Assembly (NCBI GenBank): GCA_026129405.1
Contig: JAHCID010000001.1
Coordinates: forward strand, 277,237 to 341,236
Direction of reading: 5' to 3'
Length of the DNA: 64,000 nucleotides
DNA from: a bacterium
GTDB taxonomy: Bacteria > Desulfobacterota > Binatia > DP-6
Shown here: positions 54,882 to 64,000 of the stretch, piece by piece
Layout: every line of letters starts with the position of its first letter
How positions within the stretch are numbered: position 1 is the stretch's first letter
Program-made: the position numbers and the translations under genes
The notes under the pieces: model-generated
Databases searched by the model: none
Told to the model about the DNA's origin: nothing
What the model saw: the letters and a program-made list of their open reading frames with translations, nothing else

Positions 54882-56029
54882 TCCTCCGCCTCGCCGCGCT
54901 GCTGGCGTTGCTCGCGACGGCGGTCCACGCGCACGACCGCAGCACGTCGTTCTCCACCTGGGTGCTCGGCGCCGACGGCGCCGACGTCACGGTGCGCCTG
55001 ACGACGCTCGAGGCCTCGCGCCTGCCCTGGCCGGTCGGCGACGCGGCGAAGCTCGGCGACTACCTCGCCGCGCATCTCCTGCTCCTCGCGGACGAGACGC
55101 CGTGCGTTCCCGACGCGCCGCCGCGCGCGCTGGCCGCGTCGGCCGGGCGGCTCGCGCTCGAGTGGCACGTGCGCTGCGACGGTGGCGCACCGACCCGGCT
55201 CCGCAGCACGGCGTTCCTCGACGTCGCCCCCTCGCACGTGCACTTCGCGCGCGTCCGCTGGCCCGACGGCCGCAGCGCCGAGCGGCTCTTGTCCGACGGC
55301 GAGCGCGGCTGGTCGCTGGTCGATCCGGAGCCGCCGTCGTTCCTCGGCGCGGTCGCGCTCGGCGTCGAGCACATCGCGACCGGCGTCGACCACCTCGCCT
55401 TCGTGCTCGCGCTGCTGCTGCTCGGCGGCACGCTCGGCGAGACCGTCCGCCTCGTCACCGGCTTCACGATCGCGCACAGCGTGACGCTGGCGCTCGCGAC
55501 GCTCGGCTGGGTGCGTCCCGAGCAGGCGCCCGTCGAGGCGCTGATCGGCCTGTCGGTGGCCCTCGTCGCCGCCGAGAACGTCTGGCTCGCCGGCGGTGCC
55601 CGCTCGCTCGCGCTGCCGCTCGGCGTCGCCGGGCTGCTGCTCGCCCTCGCCGCGCTCGGCGGCGGCACGGTGCCGCCGCTCGCGCTCGCCGGGCTGGCGC
55701 TGTTCGCCGCCTGCCACATGATCCGCCTCGGCCGCGCCGCCCATCCGCTCAGCCTGCGCTGGACGGCGGCGTTCGCCTTCGGGCTGCTGCACGGCTTCGG
55801 CTTCGCCGCCGTGCTGGTCGACGCGGCGCTGCCGCCGGCGGCGCTCGCCCGCGTGCTGCTCGGCTTCAACCTCGGCGTCGAGCTGGGTCAGGTGGCCCTG
55901 GTGCTGCTCGTGGTGCCGCTCCTCGCCCGCGCCGGGAGCTGGCGCCCGGCGCTGGTCGACGCCGGCTCGGCCGCGGTCGCCGGCCTGGGCGTCTTCTGGT
56001 TCGTCAGCCGCGCCTACGGCGGCGGCTAG
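54878..56029 (+). CDS. HupE/UreJ-family (HupE_UreJ_2-type) membrane protein
   Basis: The GTG start at 54878 overlaps the upstream stop (GTGA), and a signal peptide follows. ..GVEHIATGVDHLAFVLALLLLG..,..VTGFTIAHSVTLALA..,..FGLLHGFGFA..,..LGFNLGVELGQ. Confidence 0.8.
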   Translation: MILRLAALLALLATAVHAHDRSTSFSTWVLGADGADVTVRLTTLEASRLPWPVGDAAKLGDYLAAHLLLLADETPCVPDAPPRALAASAGRLALEWHVRCDGGAPTRLRSTAFLDVAPSHVHFARVRWPDGRSAERLLSDGERGWSLVDPEPPSFLGAVALGVEHIATGVDHLAFVLALLLLGGTLGETVRLVTGFTIAHSVTLALATLGWVRPEQAPVEALIGLSVALVAAENVWLAGGARSLALPLGVAGLLLALAALGGGTVPPLALAGLALFAACHMIRLGRAAHPLSLRWTAAFAFGLLHGFGFAAVLVDAALPPAALARVLLGFNLGVELGQVALVLLVVPLLARAGSWRPALVDAGSAAVAGLGVFWFVSRAYGGG

Positions 56030-56071
56030 AAACCTCTGTGCAGAGCGGGGGCTTCCTGTTATCGACCGGGC

Positions 56072-56923
56072 ATGCGCTGGACGCCGGGGCGACGCAGCGA
56101 GAACCTCGAAGACCGCCGCGGCACGATCGTCCGGCGCGGCATCCCGATCGGCGTCGGCGGCATCCTCGTCCTCGGCGCCCTCAGCCTGCTCACCGGCCAG
56201 AACTTCTTCGCGATCCTCTCCGATCCGACGTTCCAGGACATGACCCAGGGCGGGGCCCGGCAGGAGGAGCGCAGCGGTCCGATCCAGTCGACGCCCGAAG
56301 AGGAGAAGCAGGTCGACTTCGTCTCCTTCGTGCTCGACGACGCGCAGGGCACCTGGGGCAAGCTCCTCCCCGGCCGCTACCGTCCCGCCAAGCTCGTGCT
56401 CTTCCGCGACGCCGTCCAGTCCGCATGCGGCTTCGCCCAGTCGGCGACCGGCCCGTTCTACTGCCCCGGCGACGAGAAGGTGTACATCGACCTCGGCTTC
56501 TACGAGGAGCTGAAGCGCCGCTTCGGCGCACCGGGCGACTTCGCGCAGGCCTACGTCCTCGCCCACGAGATCGGCCACCACGTGCAGAAGGTGCTCGGCG
56601 TCGAGGGCCGCGTACGCCGGATGCAGCAGCAGCGCCCGGACCTCCGCAACGAGCTGTCGGTGCGCATGGAGCTCCAGGCCGACTGCTTCGCCGGCGTGTG
56701 GGGCTTTGCCGCCGACCGCCGCGACGTGCTCGAGCCCGGCGACGTCGAGGAGGGCCTGCGCGCCGCCTCCGCCATCGGCGACGACCGCATCCAGCGCATG
56801 GGTGGCGGCGTGGTGCAGCCCGAGTCGTTCACGCACGGCTCGTCGGCGCAGCGGGTCGAGTGGCTGCAGAAGGGGCTGCGCTCGGGCGACCCGCAGGCGT
56901 GCGATACGTTCGGCGGCGGGTGA
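56072..56923 (+). CDS. ypfJ: YpfJ-family neutral zinc metallopeptidase
   Basis: N-terminus MRWTPGRRSENLEDRRG (compare the E. coli YpfJ type MRW.GRRES.NVEDRR), one TM segment, ..GPFYCPGD.KVYIDL.F..,..AYVLAHEIGHHVQ (HExxH), ..LELQADCFAGVW. Confidence 0.88.
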   Translation: MRWTPGRRSENLEDRRGTIVRRGIPIGVGGILVLGALSLLTGQNFFAILSDPTFQDMTQGGARQEERSGPIQSTPEEEKQVDFVSFVLDDAQGTWGKLLPGRYRPAKLVLFRDAVQSACGFAQSATGPFYCPGDEKVYIDLGFYEELKRRFGAPGDFAQAYVLAHEIGHHVQKVLGVEGRVRRMQQQRPDLRNELSVRMELQADCFAGVWGFAADRRDVLEPGDVEEGLRAASAIGDDRIQRMGGGVVQPESFTHGSSAQRVEWLQKGLRSGDPQACDTFGGG

Positions 56924-56941
56924 CGGGGGAGCCCCCGCCCT

Positions 56942-59722
56942 TCAGCCGCTGTTGCGCAGCCCGGTCGCGAGGCCGTTCAGCGTCAGCTGGATGCCGCGCT
57001 GGACGAGCTGGCCGCGGTCGCCGCCGCGCCAGCGGCGGAGCAGCGTCACCTGCAGGTGGTTCAGCGGGTCGAGGTACGGGAAGCGATGGTGGATGCTGCG
57101 CGCGAGCGGCAGGTTGTCGGCGAGCAGCGCGGGCTGACGCGTGATCGCGAGCAGCATGTCGACCGTGCGCGCATGCTCGGCGACGATGCGCGAAAAGATG
57201 CGCCGGCCGAGCTCCTCGTCGGGCACGAGCGCGGCGTAGCGCTCCGCGATGCCGAGGTCGGTCTTCGCGAGCACCATGCCCATGTTCGAGAGGACGGTGC
57301 GGAAGAACGGCCAGCGGTCGTAGAGGTCGCGCAGGCGTGCCAGCCGGTGGGCGTGGCCCTCGACCCACGACTCGAACGCCGTGCCGGCGCCGTACCAGCC
57401 GGGCAGCATGATGCGCGACTGGCTCCAGCTGAACACCCACGGGATGGCGCGCAGATCCTCGATGCGGTCCGACGCCTTGCGCGACGCGGGTCGGCTGCCG
57501 ATGTTGAGCTCGGCGATCTCGCCGATCGGCGTCGCGGCGCGGAACCACTCGACGAAGCGCGGCGTCTCGTAGACGAGCAGCCGGTACGCCGCCCGCGCCC
57601 GCTCGGCGAGCTCGTCCATCAGCGCGTATGCCATGGTCGCCTCCTCGCCCAGCCCCTCGACGTCGAGGCAGCTCGCCTCGACGGTCGCGGCGACGAGCGC
57701 CTCGAGGTTGCGGCGCGCCAGCTCGGGCTCGGCGTACTTGGCGGCGATCATCTCGCCCTGCTCGGTGATGCGCAGCGAGCCGGCGACGCTGCCCGGCGCC
57801 TGCGCCAGGACGGCGTCGTAGCTCGGGCCGCCGCCGCGGCCGACCGTGCCGCCGCGGCCGTGGAACAGGCGCAGCCGGACGTCGTGCGCCCGCGCCGCCG
57901 CAACGAGGTCGAGCTCGGCCCGATAGAGCGCCCAGTTCGCCGTCAGGTAGCCGCCGTCCTTGTTGCTGTCCGAGTAGCCGAGCATCACCTCCTGCACGCC
58001 GTCGCGTGCCAGCACCCAGCGGCGCCAGCGCTCGACCGAGAGCAGCTTGCGCAGCGTCGCGCCGGCACGGGTGAGATCGTCGATGGTCTCGAACAGCGGC
58101 ACGATCTGCATCGGCAGCGGCACGGCGGCGCCGGGACGCACGATGCCCACCTCGCGCAGGAGGATTGCCACCTCGAGCACGTCGCTCACCGCGTCGCACT
58201 TCGAGATGACGTAGTTGGGCAGGGCGTCGCGTCCGACCCGATCGAGCGTCTCGGCGGCCGCGCGCAGGATCGCCAGCTCGCCCGCGGTCTGCTCGGACAG
58301 CTCGGCGTGCGGGCCGGTGAGCGGGCGCGCCGTCGCCAGCTCGCGCAGCAGCAGCTGCACGCGCGCGTCCTCGGAGAGACGGCGGTAGTCGGTCGTGACG
58401 CCGGCGAGCGCGAGCAGCTCGGCGACGACGGCCTCGTGCACCTCGGCGTTCTGCCGCAGGTCGAGGCTGCACAGGTGGAAGCCGAACACCGCCACGGCCC
58501 GGCGCAGCGAGGCCAGGCGGTCGTCGGCGATGAGCCCCGCCCCATGACCGCGCAGCGAGGCGTCGACGACGGCGAGATCGGCGGCCAGCTCGTCCGCCGT
58601 CGCGTACGCCGCGAGCACGGTGTGCGGCGCGCGCCCGGGCACCTGCCCCGTGAGCCGCACGGCCGTCGCCGCGAGCCGCGCGTACATGCCGCGCAGCGCG
58701 CGCCGATACGGCTCGTCCCGCCGGAACGGCGAATGGTCCTCCGACGCCTCGGCCAGCGCGAGCAGCTCGGGCGACGGCGTCACCAGCCGTGTCGACATCG
58801 ACAGCTCGACCGCGAGGCGATCGAGCTCGCGCAGGTGGTGCGCGAGCGCCGTCGACGCCTGCCGGTCGATCGCGTGCCGGACCACGTCGGCGGTGACGAA
58901 CGGGTTGCCGTCGCGATCGCCGCCGATCCACGAGCCCATACGCAGCACGGGTCGCGGCGGCGGCGGCGCATCGGGCCAGTGATGCGCCAGCTCGTCGACG
59001 AGGACGCGGTGGACCGCCGGCACCTCCTCGAACAGCGACAGGTGATAGTAGCCGAGCGCCTCGTTGATCTCGTCGCGCAGGCGCAGGCGCGACAGGCGCA
59101 GCATGGCGGTCTGCCAGAGGAGTAGGACGTGGCGCCGGAGGCTCCGCTCCCACACCACGCGCTCCTCGTCGAGCAGCACGAGGCGGTCGGGTCGCGCCAG
59201 CAGGCCCACGATCTCGCGCTGCGCGTCGAGCACCGTCTTGCGCCGCACCTCGGTCGGGTGCGCGGTGATGACGGGGCTGACGAGCGCGCCGGCGAGCACC
59301 TCGGCGACGTGCGCACCGGACACGCCCTCGCCCCGGAGCCGGTCGAACGCGCAACGCAGGCTGCCCGGCTGCGGCGGCGAGCCGGCCAGCTGGTGATGCC
59401 GGCGCCGGCGGCCGTGATGCACGTCCTCGGCGATGTTCGCGAGCAGCTGGAAGAGGATCGAGGCGCGAATGGTGTGGAGCGCGTCGCGCTCCTCCAGCGC
59501 GTCGAGGTGCGCGGCCAGGGCGTCCTCGCCGGTCCCGGCGCGCCGCGCGGCCACCGCCTCGCGCCGGGTCGACTCCACGAGCTCGAAGATGCGCGGGCCG
59601 GCCTGCTCGAGGATGACCTCGCCCAGGATGCGCCCGAGAAGGCGGATGTCGTCGCGGAGCGGCGCTTCCTTCTCGCGCTCGTCCTCGCGCGGAGCGACGG
59701 GTGAGACGTTTCCGAGCTGCAT
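56942..59722 (-). CDS. ppc: Phosphoenolpyruvate carboxylase
   Basis: ATG at 59722. ..LRDDIRLLGRILG..,..VITAHPTE..RK..,..MLGYSDSNKDGG..,..FHGRGG.VGRGGGP..,..LRAIPWVFSWSQSR...PGWYG.., and C-terminal ..GLRNSG. Confidence 0.95.
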   Translation of the reverse strand: MQLGNVSPVAPREDEREKEAPLRDDIRLLGRILGEVILEQAGPRIFELVESTRREAVAARRAGTGEDALAAHLDALEERDALHTIRASILFQLLANIAEDVHHGRRRRHHQLAGSPPQPGSLRCAFDRLRGEGVSGAHVAEVLAGALVSPVITAHPTEVRRKTVLDAQREIVGLLARPDRLVLLDEERVVWERSLRRHVLLLWQTAMLRLSRLRLRDEINEALGYYHLSLFEEVPAVHRVLVDELAHHWPDAPPPPRPVLRMGSWIGGDRDGNPFVTADVVRHAIDRQASTALAHHLRELDRLAVELSMSTRLVTPSPELLALAEASEDHSPFRRDEPYRRALRGMYARLAATAVRLTGQVPGRAPHTVLAAYATADELAADLAVVDASLRGHGAGLIADDRLASLRRAVAVFGFHLCSLDLRQNAEVHEAVVAELLALAGVTTDYRRLSEDARVQLLLRELATARPLTGPHAELSEQTAGELAILRAAAETLDRVGRDALPNYVISKCDAVSDVLEVAILLREVGIVRPGAAVPLPMQIVPLFETIDDLTRAGATLRKLLSVERWRRWVLARDGVQEVMLGYSDSNKDGGYLTANWALYRAELDLVAAARAHDVRLRLFHGRGGTVGRGGGPSYDAVLAQAPGSVAGSLRITEQGEMIAAKYAEPELARRNLEALVAATVEASCLDVEGLGEEATMAYALMDELAERARAAYRLLVYETPRFVEWFRAATPIGEIAELNIGSRPASRKASDRIEDLRAIPWVFSWSQSRIMLPGWYGAGTAFESWVEGHAHRLARLRDLYDRWPFFRTVLSNMGMVLAKTDLGIAERYAALVPDEELGRRIFSRIVAEHARTVDMLLAITRQPALLADNLPLARSIHHRFPYLDPLNHLQVTLLRRWRGGDRGQLVQRGIQLTLNGLATGLRNSG

Positions 59723-59752
59723 CGACGTGCCCTCGCGGCTCGGGTGTAGCGT

Positions 59753-59814
59753 CGCGGGTGTACCGCGTCCAGGCACGGGCCCCCCACCCGTACGCCGGCC
59801 GCGGTACACCCGCG
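59753..59814 (-). other. 15-bp perfect inverted repeat (long hairpin) between the GST stop and the ppc start
   Basis: CGCGGGTGTACCGCG (59753-59767) and CGCGGTACACCCGCG (59800-59814) with a 32-nt spacer that can itself pair (ACGGG/CCCGT). It could be a terminator for the upstream operon or a ppc leader structure. Confidence 0.4.
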
Positions 59815-59897
59815 CGCGGCCGCGGCGACGGCGTCGCGTGCCTGCCACGGTTGGTGACCAGCTAGCACGCTGTGCGCGACGGACACCACGGACGGCG

Positions 59898-60497
59898 TCA
59901 CTCGAGCGATCGCTGCAATGCAGCTCTCGCCTCGAGTTGCGCGAGGTACCGCGCCACGTTCGGGAAGTCGTCGCCCAGGACGCCGAGGAGGCGCGCCGCC
60001 ATCAGCGAGAAGCCCATCATGCAGTCGGCGGCGGAGAAGCCGCTCGCGAGGAGGTACTCGCGGTCCGCGAGCGTGCGCTCGACGAGCGCGAACGCCGCAC
60101 GCGCCCGCTCGCGCGCGCTCGCGATGACCGTGGGGACGGCGTCGGCGTCGCCCTGGTACAGGCGATGCCAGACGATGACGGCGACCGGCGGGAAGGCCGT
60201 GCCCTCGGCGTAGTGCATCCACTGGAGGAACTCGGCCCGCTCCGGCGAGCCGATCTGCGGAGCGAGCCGGCCGTCGCCGTAGCGCTCGAGCACGTACTCG
60301 ATCATGGCGCCCGACTCGAGCATCGTCGTGTCCCCGTCCTCGAGGACCGGGAGCTTGCCGAGCGGCGTGTCCTGCGCGAACACGCGCGCGGGGACGTTGA
60401 ACGTCACGCGCCGGAGCTCGTACGGCACGCCCAGCTCCTCGAGGACCCAGCGGACGCGCACCGCCCGCGTGCGTGGCGCGAACCACAGCGTGATCAT
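59898..60497 (-). CDS. Glutathione S-transferase
   Basis: ..[27 protein letters not shown].. (thioredoxin-like N-domain) plus a helical C-domain. The ATG overlaps the upstream stop (ATGA). Confidence 0.85.
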   Translation of the reverse strand: MITLWFAPRTRAVRVRWVLEELGVPYELRRVTFNVPARVFAQDTPLGKLPVLEDGDTTMLESGAMIEYVLERYGDGRLAPQIGSPERAEFLQWMHYAEGTAFPPVAVIVWHRLYQGDADAVPTVIASARERARAAFALVERTLADREYLLASGFSAADCMMGFSLMAARLLGVLGDDFPNVARYLAQLEARAALQRSLE

Positions 60498-61237
60498 CGC
60501 GTTCCCCGGCCGGCGATCGTCGCCAGCACGCCCGAGCGCACGAGCGCGGGCCAGCCGCGCGGCCGTGCCGCCGTGGCGGCGAGGAGCGGCAGCGGGTCGA
60601 AGTACGACGCGCGCGAGCGCGCCATGCCGGCGTCGTCGAGCACGAGGTGGTCGACGGCGGGCCAGACGATCGGGCGCCCGCCCAGCGTCCCGATCAGCCG
60701 GAACGCGATGAAGAGCGCGTCCGCGGTGCCGCCCCAAGCGTCGATCTCGGCGTGCACGTCCGGGATCCACCCGAGCAGGGTTCGGAACCACGCCTCCGCC
60801 GCCGGCCGTCCGTGGACCGGCGGCGAGAGCGGCTGCGTCAGCACGACGTCCGGCCGCAGCAGCGCGTCGAGTCCCGCCGGCGACGGGGCCGCCCAGAAGC
60901 GGGCGAAGGCGTCGACGAACTCGGCCGGCGTGCGGGCCGCGTGCGGCACGGCGCCGGTCACGACCGGCCCCCGCAGCCGTACAAGCGTCTCGGCGTTCGC
61001 CTCCTCGCGCGCCGCGCTCTCGAGCAGCGCGCGGCGGACCTCCGGATCGGGCGCGACCTCGGCCAGGCGGCGGTAGACGCCGGCGCCCGCGCGCTCCAGC
61101 GATTCCAGCAGCGACTGCTGCTCGGCGGGCGACTTGCCGGCGAAGAGCGCGTTCAGCGCCTCGAACGGGCTGCGCTGCGCCTCGAGCACGGCCTGCGTCT
61201 GGGTGACGAGCGCAACGACCTTCTCGGACGGGTCCAT
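60494..61237 (-). CDS. Fusion of a ~90-aa helical N-domain with a SnoaL/NTF2-like domain
   Basis: ATG at 61237. The N-part ..[42 protein letters not shown].. is ferritin-like/rubrerythrin-like (one helical hairpin). The C-part ..[10 protein letters not shown]....L..LL.PDVVL.QP......G...A...F..L....PD.....D.W.. is SnoaL-like. Confidence 0.6.
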   Translation of the reverse strand: MDPSEKVVALVTQTQAVLEAQRSPFEALNALFAGKSPAEQQSLLESLERAGAGVYRRLAEVAPDPEVRRALLESAAREEANAETLVRLRGPVVTGAVPHAARTPAEFVDAFARFWAAPSPAGLDALLRPDVVLTQPLSPPVHGRPAAEAWFRTLLGWIPDVHAEIDAWGGTADALFIAFRLIGTLGGRPIVWPAVDHLVLDDAGMARSRASYFDPLPLLAATAARPRGWPALVRSGVLATIAGRGTR

Positions 61238-61630
61238 GGCTCCGCCGTAGACGCGAGAGTGGCCTCTCACAAGAATCCACTTCCGACGGACCGGCCGAGG
61301 CCACTTTCGGGACGTGGCGCCCGCGTTCGCGAATGCGGGATTCGGCACCCTGCGAACGCCGCATCCGTGAGATCGTCGCGGCGTGGCCGCGGGCGTTCCC
61401 GGTGGCCCGGATCGTGCTCCGCCCTGCCGGATGGACGCGTGTCTCGTGCCGGGCGTCGCGGCCGGCGTACGGATCGGTCCCGGCGCGGCCCTGCGGCTCG
61501 TCCGACCGGGCCGCCGCGCCGGCAGCCGCGGCGGCGCGGCCGGCATCGCGGCACGCAGCGACCGCGTCCCCGACCGGCGGATGGCCTGCGTGCCCCCTGC
61601 GGGCGCCGGCGTCTGACGAGGTCACGGACG

Positions 61631-63163
61631 ATGGACGTCGCCCTCCTCTCCCGCCTCCAGTTCGCCCTCACCATCATGGTGCACTACATCTTCCCGCCGC
61701 TGACGATCGGGATGGGCGTCGTGCTCGTCTACCTCGACGGTATGTGGCTGCGGACGCGCGACCCGGTCTACGGCCAGGCGGCACGGTTCTGGACGCGCAT
61801 CTTCGCGCTCAACTTCGCGATCGGCGTCGCGACCGGGATCGTCATGGAGTTCCAGTTCGGCACCAACTGGGCGACGTACTCGCGTTTCGTCGGCGACGTC
61901 TTCGGCTCGGCGCTCGCGGCCGAGGGCATCTTCGCGTTCTTCCTCGAGTCGGGCTTCCTCGCGATCCTGGTCTTCGGCTGGGACCGGGTCGGGCCGCGCA
62001 TGCACTTCTTCGCGACCTGCATGGTCGCGCTGGGCTCGATCTTCTCGTCGATCTGGATCGTGGTCGCGAACTCGTGGCAGCAGACGCCCGCGGGGCATCA
62101 CGTCGTGCCGGTGCTGCGCGACGGCGTGCCGTGGATCGTGAACGGCGTGCCGGTGCTGCGCGCGGAGATCGTCGACTTCTGGGCGATGGTCTTCAACCCG
62201 TCGTCGGTGCACCGGCTCCTGCACGTGTGGGTCGGCTGCTTCATCATGGGCAGCTTCTTCGTGATGAGCATCTCCGCCTGGTACGTCCTGCGCGGGCGGC
62301 ATCGTGCGTTCGCGGAGCGCTCGTTCCGCGGGGCGCTGGCGCTGGCGACGCTCGCCTCGCTCGGCGCGCTCGTGACCGGGCACGGGAACGCCGAGATGGT
62401 CTACCGCCATCAGCCGGCGAAGCTCGCGGCGTTCGAGGCCCACTTCCGGACCGGACCCGCCGACATGAGCGTCGTCGGCTGGCCGGATCCGGCGACGGAG
62501 TCGATGCGCTTCGATCTCGCCATCCCCGGCGGCCTCTCGTTCCTCGTCCACGGCAGCTTCGACGCGCCCGTCGTCGGCCTCGACCGCTTCCGGCCGCAGG
62601 ACCGGCCGCCCGTCGTGCCGGCGTACGTCAGCTACCACCTGATGATCTCGCTCGGCGTCGGCTTCATCGGGCTGACGCTGCTGGGGTGCTTCTTCCTCTG
62701 GCGCGGCACGCTCTTCGAGCAGCGCTGGCTGCTGTGGATCTTCGTCGTCGCGGTGCTCGGCGCCGCGGTCGCGAACCAGGCGGGCTGGGTCGCCGCGGAG
62801 GTCGGCCGCCAACCGTGGATCGTGTACCCGCCGGTCGCGTGGGCGGGCAACGACGTCGTCACCGGCCCGGCGGGAACGGTCGTCTACGACGAGGCGGTGG
62901 GCCTGCGTACGGCGAACGCGATCAGCCCCTCGGTCGCGTCCGCTCAGGTGCTCGGCTCGATCCTCATGTTCGGCTTCGTCTACCTGCTGCTGCTCGCGGT
63001 CTGGCTGTACGTCCTGAACGAGAAGATCCAGCACGGCCCCGTCCCCGTCCCCGAAGCGCCACCCGCCGGCGCCGAGGGCGTCGTGGCAGCGGCGGCGGCG
63101 CGCCTCGAGCACCGCGACTCGCTGACGGGCACCGAGCCGGAGACGGTGGGGAGGCGGGCATGA
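61631..63163 (+). CDS. cydA: Cytochrome bd ubiquinol oxidase subunit I
   Basis: [29 protein letters not shown]..,..[29 protein letters not shown]..,..[11 protein letters not shown]. Confidence 0.95.
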   Translation: MDVALLSRLQFALTIMVHYIFPPLTIGMGVVLVYLDGMWLRTRDPVYGQAARFWTRIFALNFAIGVATGIVMEFQFGTNWATYSRFVGDVFGSALAAEGIFAFFLESGFLAILVFGWDRVGPRMHFFATCMVALGSIFSSIWIVVANSWQQTPAGHHVVPVLRDGVPWIVNGVPVLRAEIVDFWAMVFNPSSVHRLLHVWVGCFIMGSFFVMSISAWYVLRGRHRAFAERSFRGALALATLASLGALVTGHGNAEMVYRHQPAKLAAFEAHFRTGPADMSVVGWPDPATESMRFDLAIPGGLSFLVHGSFDAPVVGLDRFRPQDRPPVVPAYVSYHLMISLGVGFIGLTLLGCFFLWRGTLFEQRWLLWIFVVAVLGAAVANQAGWVAAEVGRQPWIVYPPVAWAGNDVVTGPAGTVVYDEAVGLRTANAISPSVASAQVLGSILMFGFVYLLLLAVWLYVLNEKIQHGPVPVPEAPPAGAEGVVAAAAARLEHRDSLTGTEPETVGRRA

Positions 63164-64000
63164 CCCTCGACGCGACGACGCTCCCGGTGATCTGGTTCGC
63201 GCTGCTCGGGGTGCTGCTCGCCGGCTACGCGATCCTCGACGGCTTCGACCTCGGCGTCGGCATGATGCACCACCTCGTCGCGCACGACGACAGCGAGCGC
63301 CGCCTGGTGATGAACACCATCGGCCCGATCTGGGACGGCAACGAGGTGTGGCTCGTCACCTTCGGCGGCGCGCTCTTCGCCGCCTTCCCCGAGGCCTATG
63401 CGACGGTGTTCTCGGGCTTCTACACCGCCTTCATGCTGCTCCTCTGCGCGCTCATCCTGCGCGCGGTGTCGATGGAGTTCCGCAGCAAGGTCCGTCACGC
63501 GACGTGGCGCCGCGTGTGGGACGGCGCGTTCACCGCGGGCTCTACGCTCGCGGTGCTGCTCTTCGGCGTCGCGACCGGCAACGTCATGCGCGGTCTACCA
63601 CTCGACGCCCGCGGCGATTTCACCGGCTCGCTGCTCGACCTGCTGAACCCGTACGCCCTCCTCGTCGGCGTGCTGACGCTGACGCTCTTCGCGATGCACG
63701 GCACGATCTACCTCCACCTGAAGACCGAGGGCGCCCTCCGGGAGCGCACGGTGGCGTGGATGTGGCGCACGTTCGGCTGCTTCCTCGTCGCCTTCGTACT
63801 GACGACGATGTTCACGCTGGTCGCCGTGCCGCGTGCGACGCAGCATCTCGCCGACCATCCGATCCTGTGGATCGTGCCGGTGGCGAACGTCTTCGCGGTG
63901 GCGAACGTGCCGCGGGCGATCTACCGCGGCACGCCCGCCGCGGCGTTCGCCAGCTCGTGCGCGACGATCGTGGCGCTCGTCTTCCTGCTCGGCGCCGCGA
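63160..64000 (+). CDS. cydB: Cytochrome bd ubiquinol oxidase subunit II (3' end outside the window)
   Basis: ATG at 63160 overlaps the cydA stop (ATGA). My own translation gives [74 protein letters not shown]... The frame stays open to the window end, so it is absent from the ORF track. Confidence 0.9.
   Translation, partial: MTLDATTLPVIWFALLGVLLAGYAILDGFDLGVGMMHHLVAHDDSERRLVMNTIGPIWDGNEVWLVTFGGALFAAFPEAYATVFSGFYTAFMLLLCALILRAVSMEFRSKVRHATWRRVWDGAFTAGSTLAVLLFGVATGNVMRGLPLDARGDFTGSLLDLLNPYALLVGVLTLTLFAMHGTIYLHLKTEGALRERTVAWMWRTFGCFLVAFVLTTMFTLVAVPRATQHLADHPILWIVPVANVFAVANVPRAIYRGTPAAAFASSCATIVALVFLLGAA

Overview
A 64 kb, very GC-rich (about 70% by eye) bacterial chromosomal segment. It is densely coding on both strands, with about 58 CDS. 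Many neighbouring genes are joined by overlapping stop/start codons (ATGA, GTGA, TTGA), which suggests operons.

Recognisable content, in order:
- nitrilase-family hydrolase (5' partial), GAF protein, FliL-like protein, GNAT, tandem-GFA protein
- complete mrpABCDEFG cation/proton antiporter operon
- secreted CocE/NonD hydrolase and Cu/Zn SOD
- Mla/Pqi-type MCE lipid-transport operon (STAS-MlaE, MlaF, MCE protein, PqiC-like lipoprotein)
- DUF1254/DUF1214 protein
- glpD-pyk, divergent from gap
- M48/LysM protease
- two divergent paralogous small ORFs of unknown family
- PhoD
- frameshifted glycerate kinase coupled to an aldo/keto reductase
- OmpR-type two-component system coupled to an NlpC/P60 hydrolase and an RluA-type synthase, followed by HtrA
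- a large Cys-rich secreted HExxH protein
- HAD hydrolase, a solute-binding protein, two pirins, a methyltransferase
- a decayed thioester-domain-like gene
- fused CoA-transferase and a VOC protein
- remnants of DUF4160 and DUF222/HNH genes
- ATL-like protein and a Tat-signal GH94-like enzyme
- P450-NMO with a divergent TetR
- an envelope cluster DUF3604 / PpiC-like / HupE-UreJ / YpfJ
- ppc, GST, a SnoaL-like fusion, and cydAB (cydB 3' partial)

I saw no rRNA, tRNA, CRISPR array, intact transposase or integrase.

Most of the very long ORFs in the six-frame track are Arg/Ala/Pro/Gly-rich shadow ORFs caused by GC content, and I rejected them.

Nothing here is a clearly recognisable defence or mobile system. 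The most unusual items are:
- the paralogous small-ORF pair
- the Cys-rich HExxH protein
- the DUF3604-PpiC-HupE cluster
- a module shared by two exported hydrolases
- localised gene decay (thioester-domain-like gene, HNH/DUF4160 remnants, glycerate kinase)
- several statistically unlikely palindromes and hairpins in intergenic DNA

All family assignments come from reading motifs by eye; no searches were run.
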